Positions 13,301 through 25,213 of a stretch of 64,000 nucleotides of DNA are shown here, one piece after another (the first letter of the stretch is position 1; the number at the start of each line of letters is the position of its first letter). The stretch covers positions 43,524,001 through 43,588,000 of the forward strand of contig OZ024752.1 in assembly GCA_964016885.1 (NCBI GenBank), written 5' to 3'. The position numbers and the translations under genes are program-made. This stretch comes from Eledone cirrhosa (taxonomy: Eukaryota). The notes beneath the pieces are model-generated. The model had not been told where the DNA came from. It did no database searches and was given only the letters and a program-made list of their open reading frames with translations.

Positions 13301-14789
13301 GTAAGACCATCTGGCATCTTTCAATCAACCCTTTGTGACACATTAAACAGAACCCCCCTAAAAATAATAAATAAATAAAAATTACCGACGGTGTGAGACA
13401 AAAGCTGCACGTAAGAATTATATAATCCAAATATGCTTAGTCTACATATATTTATCAACAATTCCTGTGTGGTTATAATCAAGTTGATATGTTGTCGGAG
13501 GTTTGATAGGTGGAAATTGTGCAAAAGTAGATTGTATGTATAATAATTGTTTCTACCTTTGGCACATGGCCAGCAATTACTACAGTGCATTACTGGTACT
13601 TTGTTTTATCGACCCCGTAAGCACGAAAGGCAAAGTGAACCTCGGCGGGATTTGAACTCAGCGTAAAGAGTCGTAACTCGATACTGCAAAACATGGCGTC
13701 CGATACTGCCAATCCACCTATAATAATTGTTTCTACTTTAGGCACAAGGCCAGCAATTACCCAGTGCATTACTGGTACTTTATTTTATCGACCCTGTAAG
13801 GATGAAAGGCAAAGTCAACCTCGGCGGGATTTGAACTCAGATCGTAAAGGGACGTAACTATGCTGGAAAGCAATGATTGTATGTATACTAATAAATATTA
13901 CTGAACTTCATGGTTCGATGATAATTAAAACAAAAACAGTTCGATAAAATTATGGCTCTGTTAAAAATCGATATTATTTTGTTAGGTGGCAGGTAGAAAT
14001 ATTATATTTTACTTAGTACACTTAGTTTGTTTTACTTGTTTTATATTAGTTTATTTTTTAGGTGTTACCTTTGGGGACATAAAAGGCCACGCACCGACAT
14101 ACATTATATAAATTGTATATATATGAACAAGTTTTTATAATAGATAATAGGTCATAAGGCATAGCTCCCCTAATCTCAAGAGTAACTAATTCGTGGCCGG
14201 ATTTACCTAGCTCCCTAAACGTCCTTGTCCATTTTTTAATTTCTATCGAAAAGAAAACAAAATTCTAAATAAGCAAGTTGTTAAGAAGTTCGGTGAGTTG
14301 ACTGTCGATTGAGTTAGAACTCAAATAGTTGACAATAAATGTAAGTCGTTTAAAAATGAACTCAAAACAAAATAAGTTGACAGCAGTACAGGGAAAATAA
14401 CTTTCCTTCGGACGCTGGAGGATCCAACAAATAACACCACACCCTTCCGGGTTTATTATTTCACAAATGTTGAGAATAAATTGCAGATAAATAGACTCGT
14501 TAATAAGAAAAAGGAATATAATACTAACTTTGTTAAATTTCCCAAGAAAAAGGTTTTTCACAATTGGTTCCAAGGAAGGTGCTTGTTCTCCCGAAGTTGA
14601 AGAAACGTGTGAGTCTTCATAATTCTCCTTGACAAGTGTTGATGAAGATGAGGATGGAGGCGATGAAAGAACTCGCTGTAAATTAGCAAAATTAATTTGA
14701 AAGCTCCTCTTGTTGCTACTTTTCCGTAACCATTGACTGCCTATTCGAAATGTATCCAATCTAATACCACGGAAAGCAATTAATGCCAT
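2415..14789 (-). CDS. ACAD9: Acyl-CoA dehydrogenase family member 9 (ACAD9/VLCAD-like), mitochondrial; 5' ten exons, 3' part lies beyond the window start
   Basis: Exons (minus): 14789-14529, 10221-10128, 9622-9521, 8484-8378, 7700-7600, 4614-4464, 4265-4163, 3787-3714, 2802-2727, 2485-2415, all GT-AG and phase-consistent. Translation includes a basic N-terminal presequence-like stretch, [143 protein letters not shown] and RSQFGKKL. These are typical of the ACAD9/VLCAD subfamily; NSGRFSMGS favours ACAD9. Confidence 0.92.
2935..3600 (-). mobile_element. Degenerate CRE-like non-LTR retrotransposon (RT end / zinc knuckle / restriction-like endonuclease)
   Basis: HPLSC...[22 protein letters not shown](P)..L..G..(RP)DG pattern; paralogous to 38250-39030. 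Confidence 0.65.
4795..6852. repeat. 28-bp tandem minisatellite (~73 copies) CAGTTACTGG(T/C-variant)CAGTCTTATGTACTGT in ACAD9 intron 5
   Basis: Directly visible. One dimorphic site (GGTTCAG/GGTCCAG), otherwise almost perfectly homogeneous. Confidence 0.98.
9826..10020. repeat. 15-bp tandem repeat CACACACCACAATC(G/A), ~13 copies
   Basis: Directly visible, in ACAD9 intron 2. Confidence 0.95.
10500..11070 (+). mobile_element. Relic of an RNase H-encoding LINE (I/Nimb/Tad-like), RNase H plus C-terminal CCHC region
   Basis: [21 protein letters not shown] matches the RNase H WIPGH.G..GNE.AD.LAK motif; downstream SCG...ET..HYLLQC. Confidence 0.65.
13168..13310. repeat. 35-bp tandem repeat x4 (GTCTACCCCTAA....GG.AAAGGGTAAGACCC)
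   Basis: GTCTA recurs at 13170, 13205, 13240, 13275. Confidence 0.85.
13540..13862 (-). mobile_element. Two tandem tRNA-derived SINE copies (B-box GAGTTCAAATCC, central CTTTGCCTTTCATCC..GGGTCGATAAAA..AGTACCAG domain)
   Basis: Reverse complement of the SINE at 50988-51177. The central domain resembles the conserved Meta-domain SINE core (family assignment from memory). Confidence 0.8.
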
Positions 14790-15794
14790 TATCTTCGCTA
14801 AATTAAACTCAGAAGCCTTGTGTAGCAGACAACAGAATGAAATATTTTATAACAAGGCCAATGCTTCGTATATAAATAGTTCCCAACAAGGACAAATCAC
14901 TAGAGGAAGAAAATTAAAATATCATGATTATTGCGTTATTTCAAATAAATTTATACATTTAATAATTTTAAAAATGTTATCTTTCACTATTATATTGAAT
15001 TTTAAATAAAATATTTTCGAGTTTTAACTTTTTGTTTGTGGATCTATTTTCCTTTAATTCTTGAGTCGTTTAATAGATTACGGCGCAGAAAGTTCGATTT
15101 GTTCCAATAACTTTCAGTTGTTTATGAGCAGATGTCGAGTTCAATAGAATGTATTGATAAACTACCTTGCGGTATTTAATTACGCCCCTCTAAGGGTCTG
15201 GATTTAAATGACTCTGCGGTTGATTATCCTTTCATTTCACAGCTACGGTGCCACTAAAACTGCCAATCATTGTATTTATTCCATTTTAGGAACATTTTGT
15301 AAATATAAACAATTTATAAACAAATCAATAAAAATCAACGGTTAAACTAGAGAATATAATTTATCGATTGGAATGTAGTTCTTTCTTTAATAATATTTTT
15401 CTAAAAAGACAGCTAAATTGTTTTATAAATTCACTTTATTTATTTAGACTTTTCTTTAAACTTGAACTTTCTAGGTTTTTTTTTTATCATATTAAATTTT
15501 CAAAATGAAATAATGCGCGAACTGTTGTAATAGAAATATATAATCATACCAAAATATAAAATTGTTTGAACCACACGCGGATGTATTTTATTCAGTTTGG
15601 CATGTTACAACTTTGACGGGGAAAACGACCGAATATTTTTAACTTTTTGTGTTGTTTTACTTTGTTTCGTTGTTTTGTTTAGGTGACATTCCAAACTTCT
15701 TAGTTGAATGATTTAGTTTCACCGCCAGAATATAGCTGAAATATTTCACTAACGTTTGTATTGGTTGGGTTTCATGTATCAGGTAAATTATTGG

Positions 15795-16520
15795 AGTCGA
15801 TAAAATAAAGTACCAGTAATGCACTGGCATCGATTTACTAGACTTTCCCCCTTCCCCCCACAATTGTTGGCCTTGTGCCAAAAGCGGAAACCATATACGG
15901 CCCTTGCCATTCTGAATTCAAATCCCGCCGAGGTTAACTTTGCCTTTCATCCTTACGGGGTCGATAAAATAAAGTACCAGTAATGTACTGAGTTATTTGC
16001 TGGCCTTGTGCCAATAGTAGAAACAATTATTATTTGGCAGAATCGAAAATTGATGAGATTAAAGGGAAAAAATTTGTTTTCCCGTAATTCATAGTTGTAA
16101 AAATTGCGATATTATTATAGAAAGATAGCCCCACCGATTTTAGTGGGAAATAATTATTAGAGAAAAAAAAAAGTCGAGTAAATCGATTCAAGTGCATTAC
16201 TGGTACTTTATTTTATCGACTCCGTAAGGATGAAAGGCAAAGCTAACCTCGGTGGAATTTGAACTCAGAACGCAGAGGGCCGTAACTCTATGCCGCAAAG
16301 CATGTTGTCCGACGCTCAACTGATTATTGCCAAATAATAATAATTGTTTCTACTTTAGGCACAAGGCCAGCAATTTAACAGTATATTACTGGTACTTTAT
16401 TTTATAATAATAATAATAATAATTGTTTCTACTTTAGGTACAAGGCCACACAATTGTAGTGAGAAAGGGAAAGTCGATTAAATCTACCTCAGTGCATTGC
16501 CGGTATTTTATTTTATCGAC
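15795..16520. mobile_element. Cluster of the same SINE family in both orientations (+ at ~15795-16030; - at ~16185-16520)
   Basis: Repeated AAGTACCAGTAATG / CATTACTGGTACTT and GGCACAAGGCCAGCAA motifs. Confidence 0.75.
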
Positions 16521-16524
16521 GCCA

Positions 16525-16840
16525 ACGCCTTCTCCATTCTGTCCGCCGGGGCTGTGGGGAGCAGAGTCCTCAAACACTCTCTTCAGCGGGTCCTGTGAGA
16601 AGCAGCCGTCTCCGACTGATTCAGCTGGATCCCCAAGCGAAACTCATGGATGTTATCCAATCATTTTGCAATTCGGAGAAGTAACGGCTCTACCTGGAGT
16701 GACTATCTGATCTCCAACCTACGCACTTTATCGAGTGACGTTACTCCAAAGACCCTTCAGAGGAATCCTATTTCGGCCGCTTGTATTCGCGATCGTATTC
16801 TTTCGGTCATTACCCAAGATTCCTGACCATAGGTAAAGGG
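16525..16840 (-). mobile_element. Old RTE-type LINE 3' fragment
   Basis: Reverse strand reads ...RIQAAEIGFL*RVFGVTSLDKVRR; related fragments at ~23810-24040, 50020-50105 and 54950-55060. Confidence 0.6.
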
Positions 16841-18334
16841 AAATAACTCTAAATATTTACACTTAGAAACCTTCCTGTCACACATTTTAGTTCCTTTCTC
16901 TCCCACTCCTTCTTTATTACCAAATGCCGTCAACGTTTCCCTTGTTTGTCTTCTTTTGTAAGTCCCAACTGTATTTCTTTTTATTGTCCATTTTCACTAA
17001 TTAATCAAACTCATTGTATTTCACTATTTATCTATGAATATATAAATTTATCCTAATTTATTGGAAGCTGAAAGCTCCACAAATATATGGATATACATGT
17101 ATATACATATATATATCTATATATGTATATATATATATATATATATATTTACCTTTTTATGTATTATTAAATTCTGTGTATTTAATATATATATATACAT
17201 ATGTTTTTCATGTTAAAGGAAGTGAAGTCTTCATTAAGCTCTATATATATTCGTCCTAAATACACGTCTTTGTGATTTTAACACAATTTTCCCTTGTTCC
17301 TATATTCTTAAGATCATGTTTAATGTCAGTCCTCTCAGCTGTCAAATTTATTTTACTTCACAAACTGTTGTAATGAAAATATCTCAGCTTCTTTGTAATT
17401 ATTGTTGTTCCTGTGATATCAAGAAAGTTTAGAAGATGCCTGATAGTTCTAAGTTATGTAAAATTCCAGCTGCAGGCCAGTCAACTTATTTAATTATGCG
17501 ACAACTCGTACGCTAATAGTATTTTTAATATCACCATCATTAGCAATATTTTTCCGCCACCCTCATCAGTATTTAATCCCCCCCCCTCCCTCTCATATAT
17601 ATATAGAGAGAGGGGGGGGGTTATATACTGATGAGTGTGGCGGAAAAATATTGCTTATATATATATATATATATTTGTCTTCTTTTCAACTTTGAATCGA
17701 GGTAATTTCGTTAGATGTGTAACGAATTTAAAGATGCAAAAACTAATTGTTTCGCAACGGACAACGTGTATATAATCGATTTGATCGACCTAGTATATAA
17801 CTGATATTCATTTTATCGAAGGATAAAAGGCAAAGTTAACCTATTTTACTCAAGGAAATAAGGCAAAATTAACCTATTCGAAATAAAAATTGTTGTAACT
17901 AAATATTGCAACTATTTTGCTCGACGTTCTGAACCATTCTGCCAAACTGCTCTCCGCTAATATACTTAGTTATTTCAGCATCTTAGCCTCGCTATCACCC
18001 GCTATGATGCTGGGTGTTGGCTTGCCTAAAAAATTGTTTGAGGGAAATTTCAGCACTGTAGGAAATCTTTGAAACTCCTACGAGAAATCTCATGTTAACA
18101 TAATATTAACTAAGACGTTAGTATCTCCATTTTCGTCTTCAGGAATAAATAGTATTATCACCAACGTTTTACGTCTATTTTCCAAGCTTGCAATATTACA
18201 TAACAGTTATCGATTAGTTAATATCTTGATATTATCATAGTTTATTTCACTATTTGAAACAATCATTAAACAATGCATTAATTAAAAACTGAATCTCGTC
18301 TTTTTGTTTTCATTGTTCAATACACACACACATG

Positions 18335-18672
18335 TCATCATCATTTCATTTTACGTCCGCTTTTTCCCTGCTTGCAAGGGTGGGACGGGAACTGATTCTG
18401 GCTTGATTTCTACAGCTGGATGCCCTTCCTAACACCAACCTCATTTACAGTGAGTGCTGGGTGCTTTTTTGCCGTGGCATCTCCACGACCACTTTGCAGT
18501 GGAATGATATGGACCCCCAGTCCCTATCATGTCATTTCTACAGCTGAGTAAACTGGAGCAATGTGAAATAAAGTGTCTTGCTCAAGGAAACAACACATCA
18601 CCCGGTCTGAGAATTGAACTCACAACCTTTCGATTGCAAGGCCAATGCTCTAACCACTAAGCCATGTGCCTC
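18335..18672 (-). mobile_element. RTE 3'-tail fragment fused to a tRNA-derived SINE head
   Basis: 18400-18500 matches the RTE 3'UTR. 18540-18672 is the reverse complement of a tRNA-like A/B-box head (TGGCTTAGTGGTTAGAGC...GAGTTCAATTC) plus a CTTGAGCAAGACACTT core. Confidence 0.7.
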
Positions 18673-19035
18673 CATATATACATAATAATACAAGGACGAT
18701 TTGCTAAGCCTTCATTACCTTTATTGATTGGTGACGCGCGTTTCGCTATTGATCAGCTCAAGGTTCGACCTGTCCCGACTCTGGAATCAAAATCTCGTTG
18801 TAGTAATGACAGCTCTACACATCGCCACTGACATGAATCTAAACATCGAGTGCTCACCTGGGTGAACCTACAGTAGCTTCATGTTACACTCCCTGGATAC
18901 CATGTTACAGAATGTACTAAGTTCATTTTATTGTGGAGCCAACATTAAATAAGCTATTTTATTTTTCATAATGCATGCATATACATAATTTGTGTTTTTC
19001 TCTTATAATTCTAGTGATTGGTATTTTTATTGAAT

Positions 19036-22000
19036 ATGGATCTGAAATCATTTGATCAGCTAGCTGAAACTTTGGACATACATTATGAAGTCCTTGACAA
19101 TATCCACCAAGGCCGGAAAATATTTAAAGCAGCCATAACTTTGACCAATCATTGCTCAGTTCCTTTTGAATTTGGCCCATGGGCTATATATTTATGCCAC
19201 ATCCGCTTGATTGAACCAAAATATTTGTCAAAAAATTCTTTTGCTGAGCTAATTGAATTTGGTGTGAAGTTTTCACATGTTAATGGAAGCCTCTTCAAAT
19301 TGGAACCCCTTGAGTCTTTCAAGACATTGTTTAATAATGATTCCATTAAAATAGTATTTCTTGCCCAGTATTATTCTGTTGCTAAAACTGATGTCCTGCC
19401 CAACTGGTATATGACTTACCCTGGTTTGATTCCTCGTGTTATCAAATGTACAGCTGATGAAGATCTAAATTTTGTCGGTCAGTTTGACAATCCATCTCAG
19501 TGGAAACGCTATGATTATGAATTAGCTGATGGTAAACGACGTTATGACATTTACGATCCATTTACACCAAAGGTTCGCTTTGAAAGAAACTTGTCTGCTT
19601 ACACTTCTAGTGATGAGAAATATGAAATTAAGCCAATTATACCGACCCCACTCCAAATGAAATACAGTAGAACAAAATGTATTTATCTAAGAGAAGGAAA
19701 TTGGGTGATTTATTGTAAAGATATAAATTTGTCCAAAGATGCTGAATATCTCGCAGGTAAGGAATTTTAACCAACCATTTTGTGTATGTGTTATAGTTTA
19801 AAGATGGAAAGTGTAGAAACATTTTGATTCCTTGGACTAAATGAGAATGAGATGTATATGAAAGAAGTCCTATTACTAAGTGGTGTGCTAATAAGGAGAA
19901 GAGCATCATTGAAGTGAAACATGTATGTTACATGTGTAAAAGGTGGCATAATTTATTGGAATAAGACAGTGATGAACGTAGAGCAATAGAGAAAGCTGGA
20001 AAGAATGGAAATAAGTATGGTATATTGGATGAATGGAAATATAGCAACAAAAAGGTTAATAATTTCTTCCTGTCAAATTTTAACTGCCCAATGTATGCTG
20101 CTCTTTTGAATTCAATCCAATTATTACAAATCTTAATTTTATTAGAATTTAAAAAATTACTTTGGAAACTAAATTTTACCTTATACTTACTTTTTTTTTA
20201 GGAAAGCTCCAGCTAAAAGTTGTTTCTCAACTCCCCGATACTAAATACATTTGTCTTAAATTAGTTCCATCTGTGGAACTTCCACCTCATGATCATCCAT
20301 TAATTTCTAAGGAAGCATATACACTTACTGTTGATTGCTTGGAAGATCTAATTGAAATAACTGCTAGTACCTCTCATGGTATATTCTGGGCAATCCAGTC
20401 TTTGTTGAGTCTTTATAATGATGGTCGTATTGCAGAGGTTAAAATTATTGATGCCCCAAGGTATGAATATCGTGGTCTACATGTTGATGTGGTGAGAAAC
20501 TTCCATGGAAAACAGGAAATATTTAAGCTCATTGACAGCATGGTTATGTACAAGATGAACAAATTACATTTGCATTTAACTGATGATGAAGGATGGCGGA
20601 TTGAAATTCCTGGTCTTGAAGAAATGACAACTGTAAGGTGTTATTTTTTTTCATTTTAACCTTTTTCATAAATCTTTGCTAAAACTTGAATACTTGTGGT
20701 TCAGTGAATGAGCAGATTTCCAGAGAGAGAAGATGGGATTAGAGCCAGTGATGAATGTTGTAAAGAGACATGGAGTGAGATATGTATGTGTGTGTTGTGG
20801 TGATGATGATCATCATCATACGTCCACTTTCCACACTGGCATGGATTGGATAGGTTGTCACAGTCAAAGAACAGATGGGTTAGAGCTACTTCATCTTGTT
20901 CATATATTCCATATTTCTGGTGCAACATTAAACTGCTTCATTATGGTGGAAGTCAGTATCTCTAAACATCATTTAAATAAAAAGTTTATTACATCCAGTT
21001 TGCATCATCATAATTTTTTGTCCTTTACCCATACTGGCATGGGTTGAATAGTTAGTGTTTGAAACAAGACAGATCAGTTAACCACATCTTGTTCATATGT
21101 TCCATATTTGGGCATAGTTTCTGATTGTATGCCCTTCCTAATTCCAACTACTTTGCAGAATGTAATGGGTGCATTCTTTTGTGGCAATAGCCCTACAGAG
21201 GTTGCCATCTCAGCTAAACTAAAGTGTGCTTTCTAGTCTATTTTATCTTTGTTCACTTACCAACCACTCGGAGATAATTTTTATTATTTGAATATATTTC
21301 TATTCTTATTTTAAAAACGTGCAGTTCCAATTATTTTTGTCAAAACATAAACAACTTCTATTGTAGGTTGGAGGATATCGTGGCCACAACACCTCAGCAA
21401 ACTGTCACATTTTACCGTTATTGGGCTCAGGTCCAAATTCTGACACATCTGGCTCTGGTTACTATTCTGTCAAAGATTACCGAGAAATTCTTCTTTATGC
21501 TACTGAACAACATGTTGAGGTTATTCCTGAAGTGGACATGCCAGGCCATTGCAATGCTGCTATTCAAGCTGTTAAATCACATTATGAGAAACTCTGTTCT
21601 GCTGGTAAAATAGAAGAGGCTTCCAAATATATGTTACATGAACCAAATGAAGAAGCTCATTATCCATTATCAGCTCAGTCATTTCATGAAAATCTCCTGA
21701 ATCCAGGCCTTGAATCAACGTTTAATTTTGTAGAAATGGTAGTATTATCCCTGAAGAAGATGCATGAAGATATAGCGCCTCTGAGAGTATTCCACTTTGG
21801 TGGGGACGAAGTCCCCATTGATATGTGGGAAGAATCACCAGCTTGTAGAAGACTTTTTAATTCTTCAGAGAATATAGTGACCTTGGATGATCTTTTGGAA
21901 CATTTTGTACGGCGGGTATCTGCCATTGTTTATAAACATGGTTTAAGTCTTGGAGCTTGGCAGGATGGTATGATGTCTGGTGATGAACCATTTCAACGTT

Positions 22001-24819
22001 CTAAGTTACCCCAGGAAGATGTCCTTGTATATGCTTGGCAGAATGTTTGGGAATCAGGAAAAGCCAATGTTGCATATATGTTGGCCAATTCTGGATATAA
22101 AGTAAGTTTAAAAATTTATTATTTGTCTTTCTCTGTCCAGATTTTAGTTAACCCTTTAGCATTTACATTACTCTATATATACTATTATATTTTCACGGTA
22201 AAGGCTTTAACTCACATAATATCGAATCTATGAGATGTTGATGTAATTTATTTTAAGAACAATTCCTTAACATAAATATGAGCAGCCGGTTATGGTTGGT
22301 TTGAACAGAAAGAGGTGAGAGAATTCTGGCTGGATATAGCTAGTTTAAATGCTAAAGGGTTAAGAAAGCCATAACAAAAATACATTATTTGAAAGATTTT
22401 TCTTTCTTTTACAAAATAGAGTTATTACTAATTCATATACATACACACACGCACACAGTTTAAACACATTCCGAAGCAGTTAAACATCAATATAATGAAT
22501 ATAAAATATGCAAACATCTAGTTGACTTATAGCAAATTTTGAAATGTAGTCGTTTCAATGCAAATGACTATCGTAATAATAGTTGATTACTAAAGGCTTA
22601 AAATCTTCTAAAAGATGGTAAATCAGTAGTCAATGACCCCTTACCATAATGTTTTAATCACTCACATGGCATCCAAGAGATGTGTGGTTTGATTCCTCAT
22701 CATCCAATTTTTGTTCTGGTTACTGTCAACACCTCCAGTATCCTCATATCCCAGTCTGATTATTTTAATCCTTATCTTTTAAATATTTTCATTATTGTAT
22801 AAATCATATCACAGCTTTATCATATTTCTTGATATTTTTTACTTTTATTGAAGAATAATTTTGAACTTTACTATAGGTTGTTATGTCTCAAGCTACACAT
22901 CTCTATTTTGATCATCCTTATGAGCCAGATCCTGAAGAGAGGGGTCTCTATTGGGCAGCCCGATTTATTGACACTGAGAAAGTATTTAAGTTCATTCCGG
23001 ATGACCTTTATGCTAATGCTGACTATAAGCTGACTGGTGAACCTCTTTCTATTGATGATATTAAAACTTATGAAAAGAAAATTGTTAACCTAAAAGTTCC
23101 TGAAAATATTATTGGTGAGTAAAACATTGTTTTCTGTGTAACAGTGGTGGCATACATACTTGAGACGCTATGTGGAAACCTTTTATTAAGGTGTGAAAAA
23201 GATATAAATTATTGTTTCTTGTTCATTTTTCCATGCCTGCATGGAGCTTATTTTATTCCAGTTTCAAGGGTGCTGACTGAGACAACCCTTGGACAGAATG
23301 TCAGACTGTTGAAGGGTTAACCACCCCAGCTGCAGCTGAGTGAACTGGAACAATGTGAAATGAAGTGTTTTACTCAAGAACACAATATATCATCTCACCT
23401 GAACCCACAACCTAACTACAAAAAAAAAAAAAAATCAACCTTTTACAAAATTGGTAATAAAAAAATTGACGGTGCTTGATGGAATTGTTTTTAATGTCTT
23501 CTGTTTGTCATTGAAGGGATACAAGGCCAACTGTGGTCAGAACTAGTCCGCACATCTGAACAACTGGAGTGTATGATATTCCCTCGTCTTATAGCTATGG
23601 CTGAAAGAGCCTGGCATAAAGCAAGCTGGGAAAATGAAACAGACAAAAGCAAACGAGATGCTGAATCAACTAAAGACTGGGCCCTCTTTGCTAAAACACT
23701 TGGCACAAAAGAATTATCTCGATTAGAGCAGGCCCATATAGCATATCATTTACTACCACCTGGGGCCAGGTGAGTAAACATTTTTTTTCTTACATTGTAT
23801 GTTTATTAATGATCAAACTGAGACAAGGAAGCCTGCACATGTGAGTGAAGCAGGTGAAGTATCTCAGGAGGGCTGTGTTCACAAGTGATGGAAGCTGAAT
23901 TAAGTGCAAGAATTACAGGAGCTGGTGCAGAAATGTGTCAGCTTCAGCGTTCGGTCATCAGAAGTGACGTAGGTGTAAAAGCCAAACTCACTTTTAATGC
24001 CAATCCTTACCTGTGGTCATGACCGAAAGAATACGATCACATACATTTTAAAAGAGTTCCTATTTAAATCAAAATCTTTCAATATAATTTTATGTAAGAC
24101 CCATTATGTTACCACGCTAGTAAATCTCTCAAAATCCTTCAGCATTTAAACCAGAAGTATCCGGCCAAAATTCTCTCACCCCTTTCTGTTCAAACCAGCA
24201 GTTACCGGCCACTCATACTGATGTGAAGTTATTGTTCTCAAAATCTCGTAGATTCGATATTATGTGAGATAAAGCCTTTACCGTGAAAATACAATGGTAA
24301 ATGCTAAAGGGTTAATTGAAATAGTGTATTTCATAAAAGGGTGAATAATTGAACTTGTTTGTTTAGGTTCCTGGAAGATGGCAGATTAGAAGTAAATTGT
24401 ACTTACCCTGGCCTTCCAGTTCAGTATAGTATTGATAATGGAGAAACATGGACCACTCAGTCTAATGAACCAGTTCACATTCCCAGCAACACTAAAGTTT
24501 TATTGCAAACCAGGTAATCAATTGGTTTTCTTTATTATTAGTAAAACCCTGTCACTATGCTGCCAGTAAAATAACTATATGTATTATTATATATGAGTGA
24601 CAGCCCAATGTCATGGTCCTCGTCTTTTTTCACCCTCTCTCAACAACAAAGAGAGGGTGTGAAAGATAGATATTGAAATATGTCAGGGTTGGTTCCAGCC
24701 AGTTTCATATCAAAACGGTAAATGTTATTGTAAATAGCTTTTGTATTTCAAATTATCTTTTCAGCTCTACTGACAGACACAGATCAAGCAGACAAATTGA
24801 ACTCCTAAGTCCAAATTAG
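19036..24819 (+). CDS. GH20 beta-N-acetylhexosaminidase of the chitobiase type (CHB_HEX N-domain, GH20b, GH20 catalytic, CHB_HEX_C), ~859 aa, 7 coding exons
   Basis: Exons: 19036-19756, 20202-20632, 21367-22101, 22877-23114, 23517-23769, 24367-24513, 24765-24819 (2580 nt, in frame, TAG stop). Motifs: DAPRYEYRGLHVDVVRNF, NKLHLHLTDDEGWRIEIPGL, GSGYYS, EVIPEVDMPGH, catalytic FHFGGDEV, LYFDHPYEPDPEERGLYWA, GIQGQLWSE, IFPRLIAMAERAWH, YPGLPVQYSIDNGETW. Confidence 0.93.
22152..22359 (-). mobile_element. Same piggyBac-type MITE, reverse orientation, GH20 intron 3
   Basis: TTAA-flanked, TIR CCCTTTAGCATTTA / TAAATGCTAAAGGG; body is the reverse complement of 63210-63417. Confidence 0.85.
24135..24311 (+). 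mobile_element. Same MITE, forward orientation, GH20 intron 5
   Basis: Body TTCTCTCACC..TTTCTGTTCAAACC, ends GTAAATGCTAAAGGG|TTAA. Confidence 0.75.
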
Positions 24820-24904
24820 TTAAAACCTTCTCAGCTCTCTCCACTGTATTTTGTAATGCTCAACCTTCTATCAATATATTCTTGTATTTGAACATCTTTA
24901 TATA

Positions 24905-24910
24905 AATAAA
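24905..24910 (+). promoter_or_regulatory. Candidate polyadenylation signal of the GH20 gene
   Basis: AATAAA about 85 nt after the stop codon; the hexamer is common in AT-rich DNA. Confidence 0.4.
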
Positions 24911-25213
24911 GAAATGGCATTCATGCCTTTAAATATTTGAAATTGTTTATTCTTATTGTATTTATCCCATAATTCCTGATGGAGTCATAGGGGCACCGTA
25001 TTGGCATACAGTGTTTCTTGAGCTTGGCAGAGCCCAACCCTCTCCAATGAAGCACAGATGAGTTGTAATAAAAACTGTGTGAGAAAGAAGACTGCACTAG
25101 TATGGTTGGTGAATCAGAGAAACACTGGGTTTAAGTGGAAGAAGTGAGTCGAAAGTATCTAGGGAGAGACTATATATATATATTAAATTACTTGAAAAGT
25201 AGCACACTAATTC

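Noticed and set aside
14265-14528. C-terminal half of the 174-aa ORF 14265-14789
   Set aside because: Read-through into intron 1 of ACAD9; the exon ends at the donor after ...GKFNK.
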